The notes below the pieces were generated by a model that did no database searches, was not told the origin of the DNA, and saw nothing but the letters and a program-made list of their open reading frames with translations. Of a stretch of DNA of 64,000 nt, positions 8,179 to 16,924 are shown one piece after another; the first letter of the stretch is position 1; every line of letters begins with the position of its first letter. Origin of the DNA: an uncultured Actinomycetes bacterium. Lineage in GTDB: Bacteria; Actinomycetota; Thermoleophilia; Gaiellales; JAICJC01. Location: NCBI GenBank assembly GCA_963760755.1, contig CAVXEE010000007.1:434459-498458 (forward strand). Reading direction: 5' to 3'. The position numbers and the translations under genes are program-made.

Positions 8179-9458
8179 CCCAGCTCGCGCGAGAGCAGGT
8201 CGGCGACGGTCTCGCGGGCGACGACCACACGCTCGGCCCCGTCCGCGACCATCACCGCCGCCGGCCGCGGCAGGCCGTTGTAGTTCGAGGACATCGTGGC
8301 GGTGTAGGCGCCCGTCGCCGCCAGGGCGATCACATCGCCCGTCCGCAGCTGCGGCAACGCGGCCGCCTCGATCAGGATGTCGCCCGACTCGCAGTGCTTG
8401 CCGGCCACCGTGTAGGTGTGCGTCGCCGGCTCCCCGAGGCGATCGACCACGAACGCCTGGTAGCGCGCCCCGTACATCGCCGGGCGGGGGTTGTCGGCGA
8501 TGCCCCCGTCGACGGCGGCGTAGGTGACGCCGGCGTCCGTGCGCTTGATCGCACCGACCGTGTAGAGGGTGACGCCGGCCGGCCCCGCGATCGAGCGGCC
8601 GGGCTCGAGCACGAGCTCGGGCAGCGGCAGCCCGCGATCGCCGAGCAGCCCGGCCAGCACGGTCGCCGTCTGCTCGACCGCGGCGCGCACGTCGGGCGCG
8701 CGGTCGGCGTCGGTGTAGGCGATGGCAAGGCCGCCGCCGAGGTCGAGCACCGGCAGGTCGCCCAGGCCGTGTTCGGCGATGAACGACGCGAGCCACGCGG
8801 CGGCCTCGAGGTAGGTGCCGACGTCGCGGATCTGCGAGCCGAGGTGCACGTGCAGGCCGGCCGCGCGCACGTGCGCAAGCCCCGCCGCCGCCCGCAGCGC
8901 GGCGACGGCCGCCGCCGGGGGCAGGCCGAACTTCGACGCGGCGTGGCCGGTCGCGATCTTGTGATGCGTGTCGGCCTCGATCCCCGGCGTGACCCGCACG
9001 AGCACGTCCTGGACACGCCCGGCCGCGGCGGCGAGCGCCTCGATCTGGGCGAGCTCGGCCGGGTGATCGACCACCACCAGGCCGGCGCCGGCCGCAAGCG
9101 CCGCCGCGATGTCCGCGTCGGACTTGTTGTTGCCGTGCACGATCAGGCGCTCGCCCGGCACGCCGGCGGCGAGCGCGAAGGCCAGCTCGCCCTCCGAGGC
9201 CACGTCCATGCCGAGCCCTTCCGAGACGAGCACCCGCAGCACCGCGACGGTGACCTGCGCCTTGCAGGCGAAGGCCGCCCGGGCCGCGCCCGGGTACGCC
9301 GCCAGGCCGTCCCGGTAGGCGCGCGCACGCAGGCGCAGCGTGGCCTCGTCGTAGACGAGCAGCGGCGTGCCGTGACGGGCGGCCAGGTCGCCGAGCGCGA
9401 CGCCGCCGACGGCCAGGCGGCCGCCGGTCACCACCGCCGTCTCGGGCAGGACGCTCAT
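8175..9458 (-). CDS. lysA: diaminopimelate decarboxylase
   Basis: 427-aa ORF with the motifs FACKA (PLP Lys), HGNNKS, LDLGGGLAIAY, EPGRSIAG and CESGD. Confidence 0.92.
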   Translation of the reverse strand: MSVLPETAVVTGGRLAVGGVALGDLAARHGTPLLVYDEATLRLRARAYRDGLAAYPGAARAAFACKAQVTVAVLRVLVSEGLGMDVASEGELAFALAAGVPGERLIVHGNNKSDADIAAALAAGAGLVVVDHPAELAQIEALAAAAGRVQDVLVRVTPGIEADTHHKIATGHAASKFGLPPAAAVAALRAAAGLAHVRAAGLHVHLGSQIRDVGTYLEAAAWLASFIAEHGLGDLPVLDLGGGLAIAYTDADRAPDVRAAVEQTATVLAGLLGDRGLPLPELVLEPGRSIAGPAGVTLYTVGAIKRTDAGVTYAAVDGGIADNPRPAMYGARYQAFVVDRLGEPATHTYTVAGKHCESGDILIEAAALPQLRTGDVIALAATGAYTATMSSNYNGLPRPAAVMVADGAERVVVARETVADLLSRELG

Positions 9459-9502
9459 CGGATGGCCATCCTAGAGAGTCGGCGCCGGTATCCTGCCCGC
9501 CC

Positions 9503-11008
9503 ATGTCGAACCGCGTGCTCGTCGTCGGCTGGGACGGCGCCGACTGGGAGGTGCTCGACCCGCTGCTGCGGGCCGGCGACCTGCCCAACCTGGCGGCGCT
9601 CGCCGAGCGCGGCAGCCGCGGCGTCGCCCGCTCCGTCATCCCGTCGCACTCCTGGGCGGCGTGGCCGTCGTTTCTGACGGGCGTCGATCCGGCCGGGCAC
9701 GGCGTGTTCGACATCCTCGAGCACCGGCCCGGGCAGACGCGCCGGCTACCGGTCTCGTCGCGGTCGATCCTCGCGCCGACATGGCCGCAGCGGCTCTCCG
9801 ACGCCGGCCGCACCGTGCTGCTCGTGAACGTGCCGCTGACCTATCCGCCGATCCCGGTGCGCGGCGTCGTGATCGCGGGCGGCGTGATCCCGCCCAAGGC
9901 GGTCTACTCGCACCCGCCCGAGACCGGCCCTGCGCTGCACTGGCCGATCAACGGCGGCTCGTGGACGACCTTCCGCCACCGGCCGCTCGAGCTCATCGCC
10001 GACGTCGAGCGGGTGACGGCCGACCGTGCGGCGGCGGTGCGGCAGCTGCTCGACGCCGAGCCGTGGGACGTCGCCTGCGTCGTCTTCGTCTCGCCCGACC
10101 GCATCCAGCACTGCCTGCTCGAGTACGTGCACCCCGGCCACCCCGATCACGCGCGTGCCTCGCAGACACCGGTGGCCGAGCGCGTGCGCGACGTCTACCG
10201 CCTGCTCGACCGCGAGCTCGGGGCGCTGATCGAGCGCACCGACGGCGAGGACACCGTGATCGTCATGTCCGACCACGGCCACCAGCCCTGCACCCGGGCG
10301 CTGAACATGAACCGCGTGCTCGAGCAGCTCGGCTACCTGCACCTGGGGCGCGGCTCGGCCTTGATCGGCCTGCTCGCCTGGGGCCGCGTGCGCTCGCTCG
10401 CCCGCGTCGCCTACGACAAGCTCGGCCTGCACGGCAAGGTGGCCGTGCCGACGGCCCCGATCGACTGGGCGCGGACGCGGGCGTACACGAGCGTCGTCTC
10501 GACGGGCGAGGGCGTCTCGCTCGCGCTGCAGGGCCGCGAGCCCGAGGGCACCGTGCCGGCGGCCGACTACGAGCGCGTCCGCGCCGAGCTCGCCGCCGCG
10601 CTCGAGGGCTTCATCGACCCCGCGACCGGCCGCCACCCGATCCGGCGGGCGGTGCCGCGGGAGCAGGTGCTCTCGGGCGCCTACCTCGACCGCGCCCCCG
10701 ACCTCCTGCTCGAGGCCGCGCCGCTCTACTCGCTCACCCACGCCCGGCAGATGGTCGAGGCGGCCGACTGGCTCTCCGGCGACCACCGCCCCGAGGGCGT
10801 GTACGTGGCCGCCGGGCCGGGCACGGGGCCGGCCGACGGCGGCGAGATCGCGCTCACCGACTTCGCCGCGATCATCGCCGCGGCCGCGGGCGTCGCGGCG
10901 GACACCGCCCCCTCGGCAGCGCCGGACGAGCCCGACGGGGCGGTGTTCTCTGACGAGGAGCAGCGCGAGGTCGAGGAGCGCCTGCGCGGGCTGGGCTACC
11001 TCGAGTAG
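9503..11008 (+). CDS. alkaline-phosphatase superfamily protein (type I phosphodiesterase/nucleotide pyrophosphatase-like)
   Basis: VLVVGWDGADWEVLDPLL..PSHSWAAWPSFLTG..VMSDHGH is typical of the metal-binding core of this family. Confidence 0.75.
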   Translation: MSNRVLVVGWDGADWEVLDPLLRAGDLPNLAALAERGSRGVARSVIPSHSWAAWPSFLTGVDPAGHGVFDILEHRPGQTRRLPVSSRSILAPTWPQRLSDAGRTVLLVNVPLTYPPIPVRGVVIAGGVIPPKAVYSHPPETGPALHWPINGGSWTTFRHRPLELIADVERVTADRAAAVRQLLDAEPWDVACVVFVSPDRIQHCLLEYVHPGHPDHARASQTPVAERVRDVYRLLDRELGALIERTDGEDTVIVMSDHGHQPCTRALNMNRVLEQLGYLHLGRGSALIGLLAWGRVRSLARVAYDKLGLHGKVAVPTAPIDWARTRAYTSVVSTGEGVSLALQGREPEGTVPAADYERVRAELAAALEGFIDPATGRHPIRRAVPREQVLSGAYLDRAPDLLLEAAPLYSLTHARQMVEAADWLSGDHRPEGVYVAAGPGTGPADGGEIALTDFAAIIAAAAGVAADTAPSAAPDEPDGAVFSDEEQREVEERLRGLGYLE

Positions 11009-11015
11009 CGCGCGG

Positions 11016-12488
11016 ATGACCGACGAGCGCACGCTGCTCGCGGGCACCGGCGCGAACGTCGTCGGCCTCGCGGTCGGCGTGCTGGCGGCCTTCGGCGTGC
11101 AGCTGCTGCTCGGCCGGCAGCTCCCCGGCGGCGGGCTCGCGCTCGTCACGGTCGCCGTCCAGATCGCGTTCGTCGTCGCGGCGGGGGCGCGCTTCGGCAT
11201 GGATCTTGCCTCGGTGCGCGCCGTCGCGATCGGCGCCGGGCGCGCGGACATGTCGGGCCTGCGCAGCCTCGTCGACCGCTGCGCCGGGATCGCGCTCGCC
11301 GCCGGTGTCGTGCTGGCCGTCGCCGTGGCGGCACTCTCGCCGCTTGCGGGCGACCGCGGAGCGGCGATCGCGGTCGGCGCGGCCTCGCTGCCGCTGATCG
11401 CCGCCGCCAACGTCTACCTCGGCGCCACCCGCGGCCTGAAGAAGATGGGGCCGACGCTGTGGGTGTTCTGGATCGGCCAGCCGGTGGCCTGGATCGCGCT
11501 CGCCGCCGCCGCGATCGCCGCCGGCGGGGGGACGAACGCCGCGATCGCCGCCTACGACCTGTCGTGGCTCGGGGCCGCGATCGCCGCCCGCGTCCTGTGG
11601 CGAGGGCTGGCGGCGTGGCCGGGTGCGCGCCCGGCGACTCGGGCCGAGGTGCGGGCCGTGCTGCGCTACGGCGCGCCGCGCGCACCGTCGGCGCTGCTCG
11701 CCCAGGCGCTCTTCTGGGGCGACCTGTTCGTGCTCGCCCACTTCGCCTCGGGCCGGACGCTCGACGCCTACGCCGCCGCCGCCCGGATCGCCCAGCTGAT
11801 CCTGCTCTTCCTCACGTCGGTGAACCTGGTGTTCTCGCCGTTTGCCGCCGACCTGCACGCGCGCGGCGAACGCGCCCAGCTCGACGCGCTCTTCAAACGC
11901 GCGACCCGCTGGGCGCTCGGGGCGACGCTGCCGCTCGCGATCGTGCTCTTCGTCGCAGCGCCCCAGGTGCTCGAGGCCTTCGGCCCGGGCTTCGCCGTGG
12001 GCGCGACGCCGCTGCGGATCATGCTGCTCGGCCAGACGGTGAACGTCGCCACCGGCGGCGTGGCCTTCGTGCTCGTCATGGCCGGGTTCACCGGCATCGA
12101 TCTGGCCGACAACGTGCTCGCGGCGGTCGTGCTCTTCGCCCTGGCGATCCCGCTCGCGGCGGAGGTCGGCCCGGCCGGCGCCGCCGCCGCCTCGGCCGCC
12201 GCGCTCGCGGCGGTGAACGTCGTGCGCCTGATCCAGGTTCAGCGCCTGGTCGGCGTGCAGCCGTTCGATGCCGACTACCTGCGCCTCGGCATCCCGGCCG
12301 CGGGCTGCGCGCTGGCGGCATGGACGGCGCGGGCGGCCACCGGCTCGCACGCGTGGTGGGTCGCGGTCGCGGCGACGACGCTCGCCGGCGCGGCCGCCTA
12401 CGCCGTGCTGCTGCCGGCGGGGCTGCCCGCCGCCGAGCGGTCGGCCGTGGCCGCGTTCACGCGCAGGATCGCGAACCGGCCCAGGTGA
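11016..12488 (+). CDS. MOP/Wzx-type polysaccharide (oligosaccharide) flippase
   Basis: 490 aa with about 12-14 TM helices. The N-terminus LLAGTGANVVGLAVGVLAAFGVQLLLGR and the overall layout are typical of polysaccharide biosynthesis protein family flippases. Confidence 0.7.
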   Translation: MTDERTLLAGTGANVVGLAVGVLAAFGVQLLLGRQLPGGGLALVTVAVQIAFVVAAGARFGMDLASVRAVAIGAGRADMSGLRSLVDRCAGIALAAGVVLAVAVAALSPLAGDRGAAIAVGAASLPLIAAANVYLGATRGLKKMGPTLWVFWIGQPVAWIALAAAAIAAGGGTNAAIAAYDLSWLGAAIAARVLWRGLAAWPGARPATRAEVRAVLRYGAPRAPSALLAQALFWGDLFVLAHFASGRTLDAYAAAARIAQLILLFLTSVNLVFSPFAADLHARGERAQLDALFKRATRWALGATLPLAIVLFVAAPQVLEAFGPGFAVGATPLRIMLLGQTVNVATGGVAFVLVMAGFTGIDLADNVLAAVVLFALAIPLAAEVGPAGAAAASAAALAAVNVVRLIQVQRLVGVQPFDADYLRLGIPAAGCALAAWTARAATGSHAWWVAVAATTLAGAAAYAVLLPAGLPAAERSAVAAFTRRIANRPR

Positions 12489-14506
12489 TCCGGCGTGTCG
12501 GCCGGGTCGCGGTAGATCAGGTGCAGCGCGGGGTCGGCCAGGATCTGCGCCACCACGTCGGGCGGCTGGTCGCGCAGGTCGAGCAGGACGTAGCGGGCAT
12601 GGAGGCGGCGCAGGATGGCGGCGCGGCGGGCGGCGGTCGTCTCGAGCGAGAAGAAGGACTGCTCGAGGTGGTTCAGGCGTGACTCGTCCAGGCGCGGCAC
12701 GGCCCGGGTGCGCGCCTCGGGCAGCACAGCGGCGCGGATGTTGGCGAACGCGAAGAGCTCGAACAGCCGCTGCGGGTCGCCCAGCACCACCGGCGGCGGC
12801 CCCGGGATGCGCCGGAAGGCGGCCGCCGCGCCGGGCGTGATCCGCACGGTCTCGAACGCGGGCGGGGAGCGGTACGGGCCGTCGACGGCCGACGTGCGCA
12901 CCACCGGGCCCCAGTGCCAGATCCACGGCCCAAGCGCCGCCACGACGAGCGCCACCGCGCCCGCCGAGACCGTGAGGGCAGGCGCCTGCCTGGCACGGAA
13001 GCGCAGCGCCAGCGGGACGGCCGCCAGGCCGGCGACGACGAGCACGCTCGCCGGGGTGTGCCACACCCACGGGATGCCGCGCACCTCGTGCCCGGCGAGC
13101 GCGAGCGCCACCGCGAGCGGCCACGCCCACCGGCCCAGGGCGGCGGCCGCAATGCACGCCCCCGCCGCGGCGACTGCCGGCCAGGTGAGCGGCTGCCAGA
13201 AGCGATGGAACTGGCCCATGCCGACCGCGGCGATCAGCACCGTGTTCACGCCGGGGACGAGCAGCATGACCAGTAGGGCGACGCTCGACGCCGCCAGCGG
13301 CAGCAGCGCGCGGTAGCGGGCCACGACCACGAGCAGCAGGATCGCGAGCAGGACGTAGCCGCGATCGAACACGGGCGCCCACGGGTACATGACGAGCGCA
13401 CGGCGGCCGTGGATCAGGAACTCGTCGGCGTGTGACAGCACCGGGTGGCGGTGGCCGCCGCGGATCGCGACCGCCCAGATCCAGACCGACACGGCGCCGA
13501 TCAGCGCCGTCGATCCCGCCAGGGTGAGCGCCGGGGTGCGGATCGCCCGGTCGCCGGCCAGCCACGCGCCGGCCAGGAGGCCGGCCGCGAGCACGAGCGC
13601 CGGGATGGCGTACGTCGGGTGCACGAGCGCGATCGCCACCATCGCGGCCAGCGTCGCCGGCGCCGCTCGCCGCACCCGCCCGATCTCGAGCAGGAACAGG
13701 ATCAGCACGGCAGGCGTCAGCACCCACACGCTGAACGGCGCGGGCTGGTTGATCTGGATGACGAGGCCGTTCAGGAGCGAGCACAGGTCCCAGGCGACGA
13801 AGGCGGCGGCGAGCACGGCGACGCCCCGCCGCCCCGTCAGCGCCTTGCCGAGCGCATAGGCGCTCGTGATCGCAAGCGCCGCGCACAGGGGCTGCACGTA
13901 CCGGAACGCCGTCACCGGGTCGGTGCCCGACAGGCGCGCCATCCCCGCGATCGCGGCGTGCATGACCGGGAAGGCGTAGCCGGCGTTCGCGGGGCCGTGC
14001 TCGAACGGGGAGAGGCTCGCGAACGAGATCCCCGGCACGTCCTCGAGCTTGCGGATCAGGCCGACGTGGAAGAGCCCGTCGCCCACGACCGGCAGCGACA
14101 GGCGCCAGCCCAGGTAGGCGAAGGCGGCGACGCCGGCCGCGCCCGCGCCGATCTCGCGGGCACCCGTGCTCGGGAGCGCGCAGCGGCGGCGCACGCAGAC
14201 GCCGAGCGCCAGGATCTCGGCCGCGACGCCGGCGAGCACGAAGCCGAGCGGCAGGTCGAGCAGGAAGGCGAGGGCGAGCGGCGGCCCCCACGCCACCAGC
14301 CCGAGCGCGGCGGCGACCGGGGCCGCCCCGGCGCGGCCGAGGTCGCCCTCGAGCTCGAGCGCGCGCAGCGCGAGCCAGCCCGGCAGCAGGAGCACGAGCC
14401 CCGCGGCGAGCCACACCGCGAGCGCGTCGAGGCCGAGGCCGCGGGCGACGGGCAGGCCGGCGGCCACGACGGCGACGGCGGCCAGCTCCAGCCTGCGCGC
14501 ATGCAC
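12398..14506 (-). CDS. large polytopic membrane protein with a C-terminal soluble domain (GT-C-like architecture, function unknown)
   Basis: 702 aa. More than 12 hydrophobic helices are followed by a roughly 170-aa soluble tail. The first loop carries VVGDGLFHVGLIRKLED. Its 3' end overlaps the convergent flippase gene by 91 nt. Confidence 0.6.
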   Translation of the reverse strand: MHARRLELAAVAVVAAGLPVARGLGLDALAVWLAAGLVLLLPGWLALRALELEGDLGRAGAAPVAAALGLVAWGPPLALAFLLDLPLGFVLAGVAAEILALGVCVRRRCALPSTGAREIGAGAAGVAAFAYLGWRLSLPVVGDGLFHVGLIRKLEDVPGISFASLSPFEHGPANAGYAFPVMHAAIAGMARLSGTDPVTAFRYVQPLCAALAITSAYALGKALTGRRGVAVLAAAFVAWDLCSLLNGLVIQINQPAPFSVWVLTPAVLILFLLEIGRVRRAAPATLAAMVAIALVHPTYAIPALVLAAGLLAGAWLAGDRAIRTPALTLAGSTALIGAVSVWIWAVAIRGGHRHPVLSHADEFLIHGRRALVMYPWAPVFDRGYVLLAILLLVVVARYRALLPLAASSVALLVMLLVPGVNTVLIAAVGMGQFHRFWQPLTWPAVAAAGACIAAAALGRWAWPLAVALALAGHEVRGIPWVWHTPASVLVVAGLAAVPLALRFRARQAPALTVSAGAVALVVAALGPWIWHWGPVVRTSAVDGPYRSPPAFETVRITPGAAAAFRRIPGPPPVVLGDPQRLFELFAFANIRAAVLPEARTRAVPRLDESRLNHLEQSFFSLETTAARRAAILRRLHARYVLLDLRDQPPDVVAQILADPALHLIYRDPADTPDHLGRFAILRVNAATADRSAAGSPAGSSTA

Positions 14507-14573
14507 GGCGGCATGCTAACGAAGGCCCTGCGTGCGCTGCGGACGCGGACCGGGCTATACCATCGGCTTCCCC

Positions 14574-14593
14574 CGATAGCATTCCGGCTATCG
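14574..14593. promoter_or_regulatory. perfect inverted repeat in the divergent intergenic region upstream of sqdB
   Basis: CGATAGC (14574-14580), 6 nt, then GCTATCG (14587-14593). A related GGCTATACCATCGG copy lies just upstream. The repeat sits between the divergent starts 14506 (-) and 14652 (+). Confidence 0.4.
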
Positions 14594-14651
14594 TTGTGCC
14601 GCGGTCGGAGGGGCCGCGTTCCAAATTCACCACTACGTACGGAGTGCGCGC

Positions 14652-15830
14652 ATGCGAGTTTTGATCCTCGGCGGGGACGGCTATCTGGGATGGCCGACGG
14701 CGATGCGGTTCTCGGGACGGGGCCACGACGTGGCCGTCGTCGACAACTTTGCGCGCCGGCGCTGGGTCGACGAGATGGGCGGCGACTCGCTGACGCCGAT
14801 CGTCTCGCTCGATGACCGCATCGAGGCGTGGCGGGAAACGTCCGGCAAGCGCATCCAGTCCTATGTCGGCGACCTGTCCGAGGACACCGTCGCGGCCGAC
14901 GTCGTGGTCGACTTCCAGCCGGACACGATCATCCACTACGGCGAGCAGCCGAGCGCACCCTGGTCGATGCGCAGCGTCGACCACGCGGTGATCACGCAGC
15001 GCAACAACGTCATCGGCTCGCTGAAGCTCCTGTGGGCGATGCGCGACCACGCGCCGAACGCACACCTGATCAAGCTCGGGACGATGGGCGAGTACGGCAC
15101 GCCGAACATCGACATCGAAGAGGGCTTCATCGAGATCACGCACAAGGGCCGCACCGACGTGCTGCCCTTCCCGAAGATGCCGGGCTCGCTGTACCACCTG
15201 TCCAAGGTGCACGACAGCCACAACATCCACTTCGCCTGCCGCGTCTGGGGCCTGCGCGCGACCGACCTCAACCAGGGCGTGGTGTACGGCGTCGAGACGC
15301 CGGAGGCGAAGCTCGACGAGCGCCTGCTGACCCGCTTCGACTACGACGAGGCGTTCGGCACGGCCCTCAACCGCTTCTGCGTCCAGGCGGTCGTCGGCAT
15401 GCCCCTCACCGTCTACGGCGGCGGCCACCAGACGCGTGGCTTCCTGAACATCGTGGACACGCTCCAGTGCGTCGAGCTCACCGCCGAGAACCCGGCCGGG
15501 GCGGGCGAGTACCGCGTGTTCAACCAGTTCACCGAGACGTTCACCGTCGCCGAGCTGGCCGAGAAGGTCAAGCACGCCGGCGGCGAGGTCGGCATCGACG
15601 TGACCATCGACCACGTCCAGAACCCGCGCTTCGAGGCCGAGGAGCACTACTACAACCCGATCCACACGAAGCTCCCGTCCCTGGGCCTGCACCCCACGCT
15701 GCTGAGCGAGAACCTGATCGAGTCGACGCTCGGCGTGATCCAGCGCTACCGCGACCGGGTCATCCCCGACGTGATCGCGCCGAGCACGCAGTGGCGGCCG
15801 GCTCCTCCGGTCGGCCAGCCCGCATCGTGA
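14652..15830 (+). CDS. sqdB: UDP-sulfoquinovose synthase
   Basis: MRVLILGGDGYLGWPTAMRFS..VDN..RRWVDEMGGDSLTPI..FGEQPSAPWSM..KLGTMGEYGTPNIDIEEGF..YHLSKVHDSHNIHFACRVWGLRATDLNQGVVYG..ALNRFCVQA..QTRGFL..NPRFEAEEHYYN. This is collinear with SQD1/SqdB as I recall those sequences. An ACGGAG Shine-Dalgarno lies upstream. Confidence 0.9.
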   Translation: MRVLILGGDGYLGWPTAMRFSGRGHDVAVVDNFARRRWVDEMGGDSLTPIVSLDDRIEAWRETSGKRIQSYVGDLSEDTVAADVVVDFQPDTIIHYGEQPSAPWSMRSVDHAVITQRNNVIGSLKLLWAMRDHAPNAHLIKLGTMGEYGTPNIDIEEGFIEITHKGRTDVLPFPKMPGSLYHLSKVHDSHNIHFACRVWGLRATDLNQGVVYGVETPEAKLDERLLTRFDYDEAFGTALNRFCVQAVVGMPLTVYGGGHQTRGFLNIVDTLQCVELTAENPAGAGEYRVFNQFTETFTVAELAEKVKHAGGEVGIDVTIDHVQNPRFEAEEHYYNPIHTKLPSLGLHPTLLSENLIESTLGVIQRYRDRVIPDVIAPSTQWRPAPPVGQPAS

Positions 15831-15843
15831 GAGAGTTGCCCGG

Positions 15844-16890
15844 GTGACACCGCTTCGCACGACCGGCCTCTTCGCGGCGCTGCTCTTCGCGGCCCTCACG
15901 ATCAACGCGTACCGCCAGGGCAAGATCGGAAACGGCGACCTGCTCGTGCGCCTGGGCGTGTTCACCCTGCCGCTCCTCCTGTTCTCGCTCGAGCCGGGGG
16001 CGCTGCAGTGGTCGTTCGACGAGCTCTCGTTCCGCAAGGGCGGCGGCCACCAGATCATGGGCGCGACCGTTCTGGCGGTCGGCGTGCTCTACCTGTTCAC
16101 GTTCGGCCTCGCCGGCCGCGGCGAGAAGTCGCGCCGCGACCTCACGCGCCTGATCGAGAACCTCGCGCTCGAGCAGTTCCGCGCCACCGGCCACCCCGAG
16201 CAGTTCGCCGGCGGCGTGGCCGTCGTCGTCCCCGCCTACAACGAGGCCGACAACATCGACCACGTGCTCTCGTCGCTTCCAGGCATGGTGTGCGGCCTGC
16301 CGCTGCACACGATCGTGGTCGACGACGGCTCCTCCGACGACACGACCGAGCGCGCCCGCGCGGCCGGCGCGGCGGCGGTGCGGCTGCCGCTCAACCGCGG
16401 CCAGGGCGCCGCGCTTCGCACCGGCTACCGGCTGGCCCTGGCGACCGGCGCCGAGATCGTCGTCACGATGGACGCCGACGGCCAGCACCAGCCTTCCGAG
16501 CTGTCGCGGCTCGTGCAGCCGATCGCAGACGGCGAGGCCGACGTCGTCGGCGGCTCGCGCGTGCTCGGCGACGCCGATCCGTCGCACGCCGCCCGCGAGA
16601 TGGGCATCCGCCTGTTCGCCCGGCTGCTGTCGCTGCTCACCTGGAGCCGGGTCACCGACCCGGCGTGCGGCTACCGCGCGGTGCGCACCGAGGCGCTGCG
16701 CGGGCTCGAGTTCCGCCAGGACCAGTTCCACAACTCGGAGTTCATCGTCGAGGCGTCCAAGAAGCACCTGCACACGATCGAGGTGCCGGTCACGGTGACG
16801 AGCCGCCTGTCCGGCACGTCGAAGAAGCCGCCCCACTTCCGCTACGGGATGGGCTTCGCCAACGCACTCGTCCGCGCCTGGCTTCGTTAA
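15844..16890 (+). CDS. membrane-anchored GT2 glycosyltransferase (polyprenyl-phosphate glycosyltransferase-like, DPM1/GtrB type)
   Basis: The N-terminal 110 or so aa carry 3 hydrophobic helices. These are followed by VVVPAYNEADNI..VVDDGSSDDT..TMDADGQHQP, the GT-A DXD-type core. Confidence 0.85.
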   Translation: MTPLRTTGLFAALLFAALTINAYRQGKIGNGDLLVRLGVFTLPLLLFSLEPGALQWSFDELSFRKGGGHQIMGATVLAVGVLYLFTFGLAGRGEKSRRDLTRLIENLALEQFRATGHPEQFAGGVAVVVPAYNEADNIDHVLSSLPGMVCGLPLHTIVVDDGSSDDTTERARAAGAAAVRLPLNRGQGAALRTGYRLALATGAEIVVTMDADGQHQPSELSRLVQPIADGEADVVGGSRVLGDADPSHAAREMGIRLFARLLSLLTWSRVTDPACGYRAVRTEALRGLEFRQDQFHNSEFIVEASKKHLHTIEVPVTVTSRLSGTSKKPPHFRYGMGFANALVRAWLR

Positions 16891-16924
16891 CCTGAAATCC
16901 CTCCGCTGCGCTGCGGGATTTCAG
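16891..16924. terminator. bidirectional intrinsic terminator hairpin between convergent genes
   Basis: CCTGAAATCCC (16891-16901), 12 nt, then GGGATTTCAGG (16914-16924), an 11-bp perfect stem. It starts right after the GT2 stop (TAA 16888-16890) and overlaps the epimerase stop. Confidence 0.7.

Noticed and set aside
10872-16058. 1728-aa ORF on the minus strand, the longest in the track, and similar giants (7456-9813 -, 5732-7174 -, 24420-26999 -, 25133-27637 +, 58598-60682 + upstream part)
   Set aside because: Their translations are Arg/Pro/Gly/Ala-rich low-complexity strings with no motifs. They lie antisense or out of frame to genes with clear domain signatures (sqdB, lysA, clpB and others). 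This is the classic stop-codon scarcity artefact of a roughly 70% GC genome.
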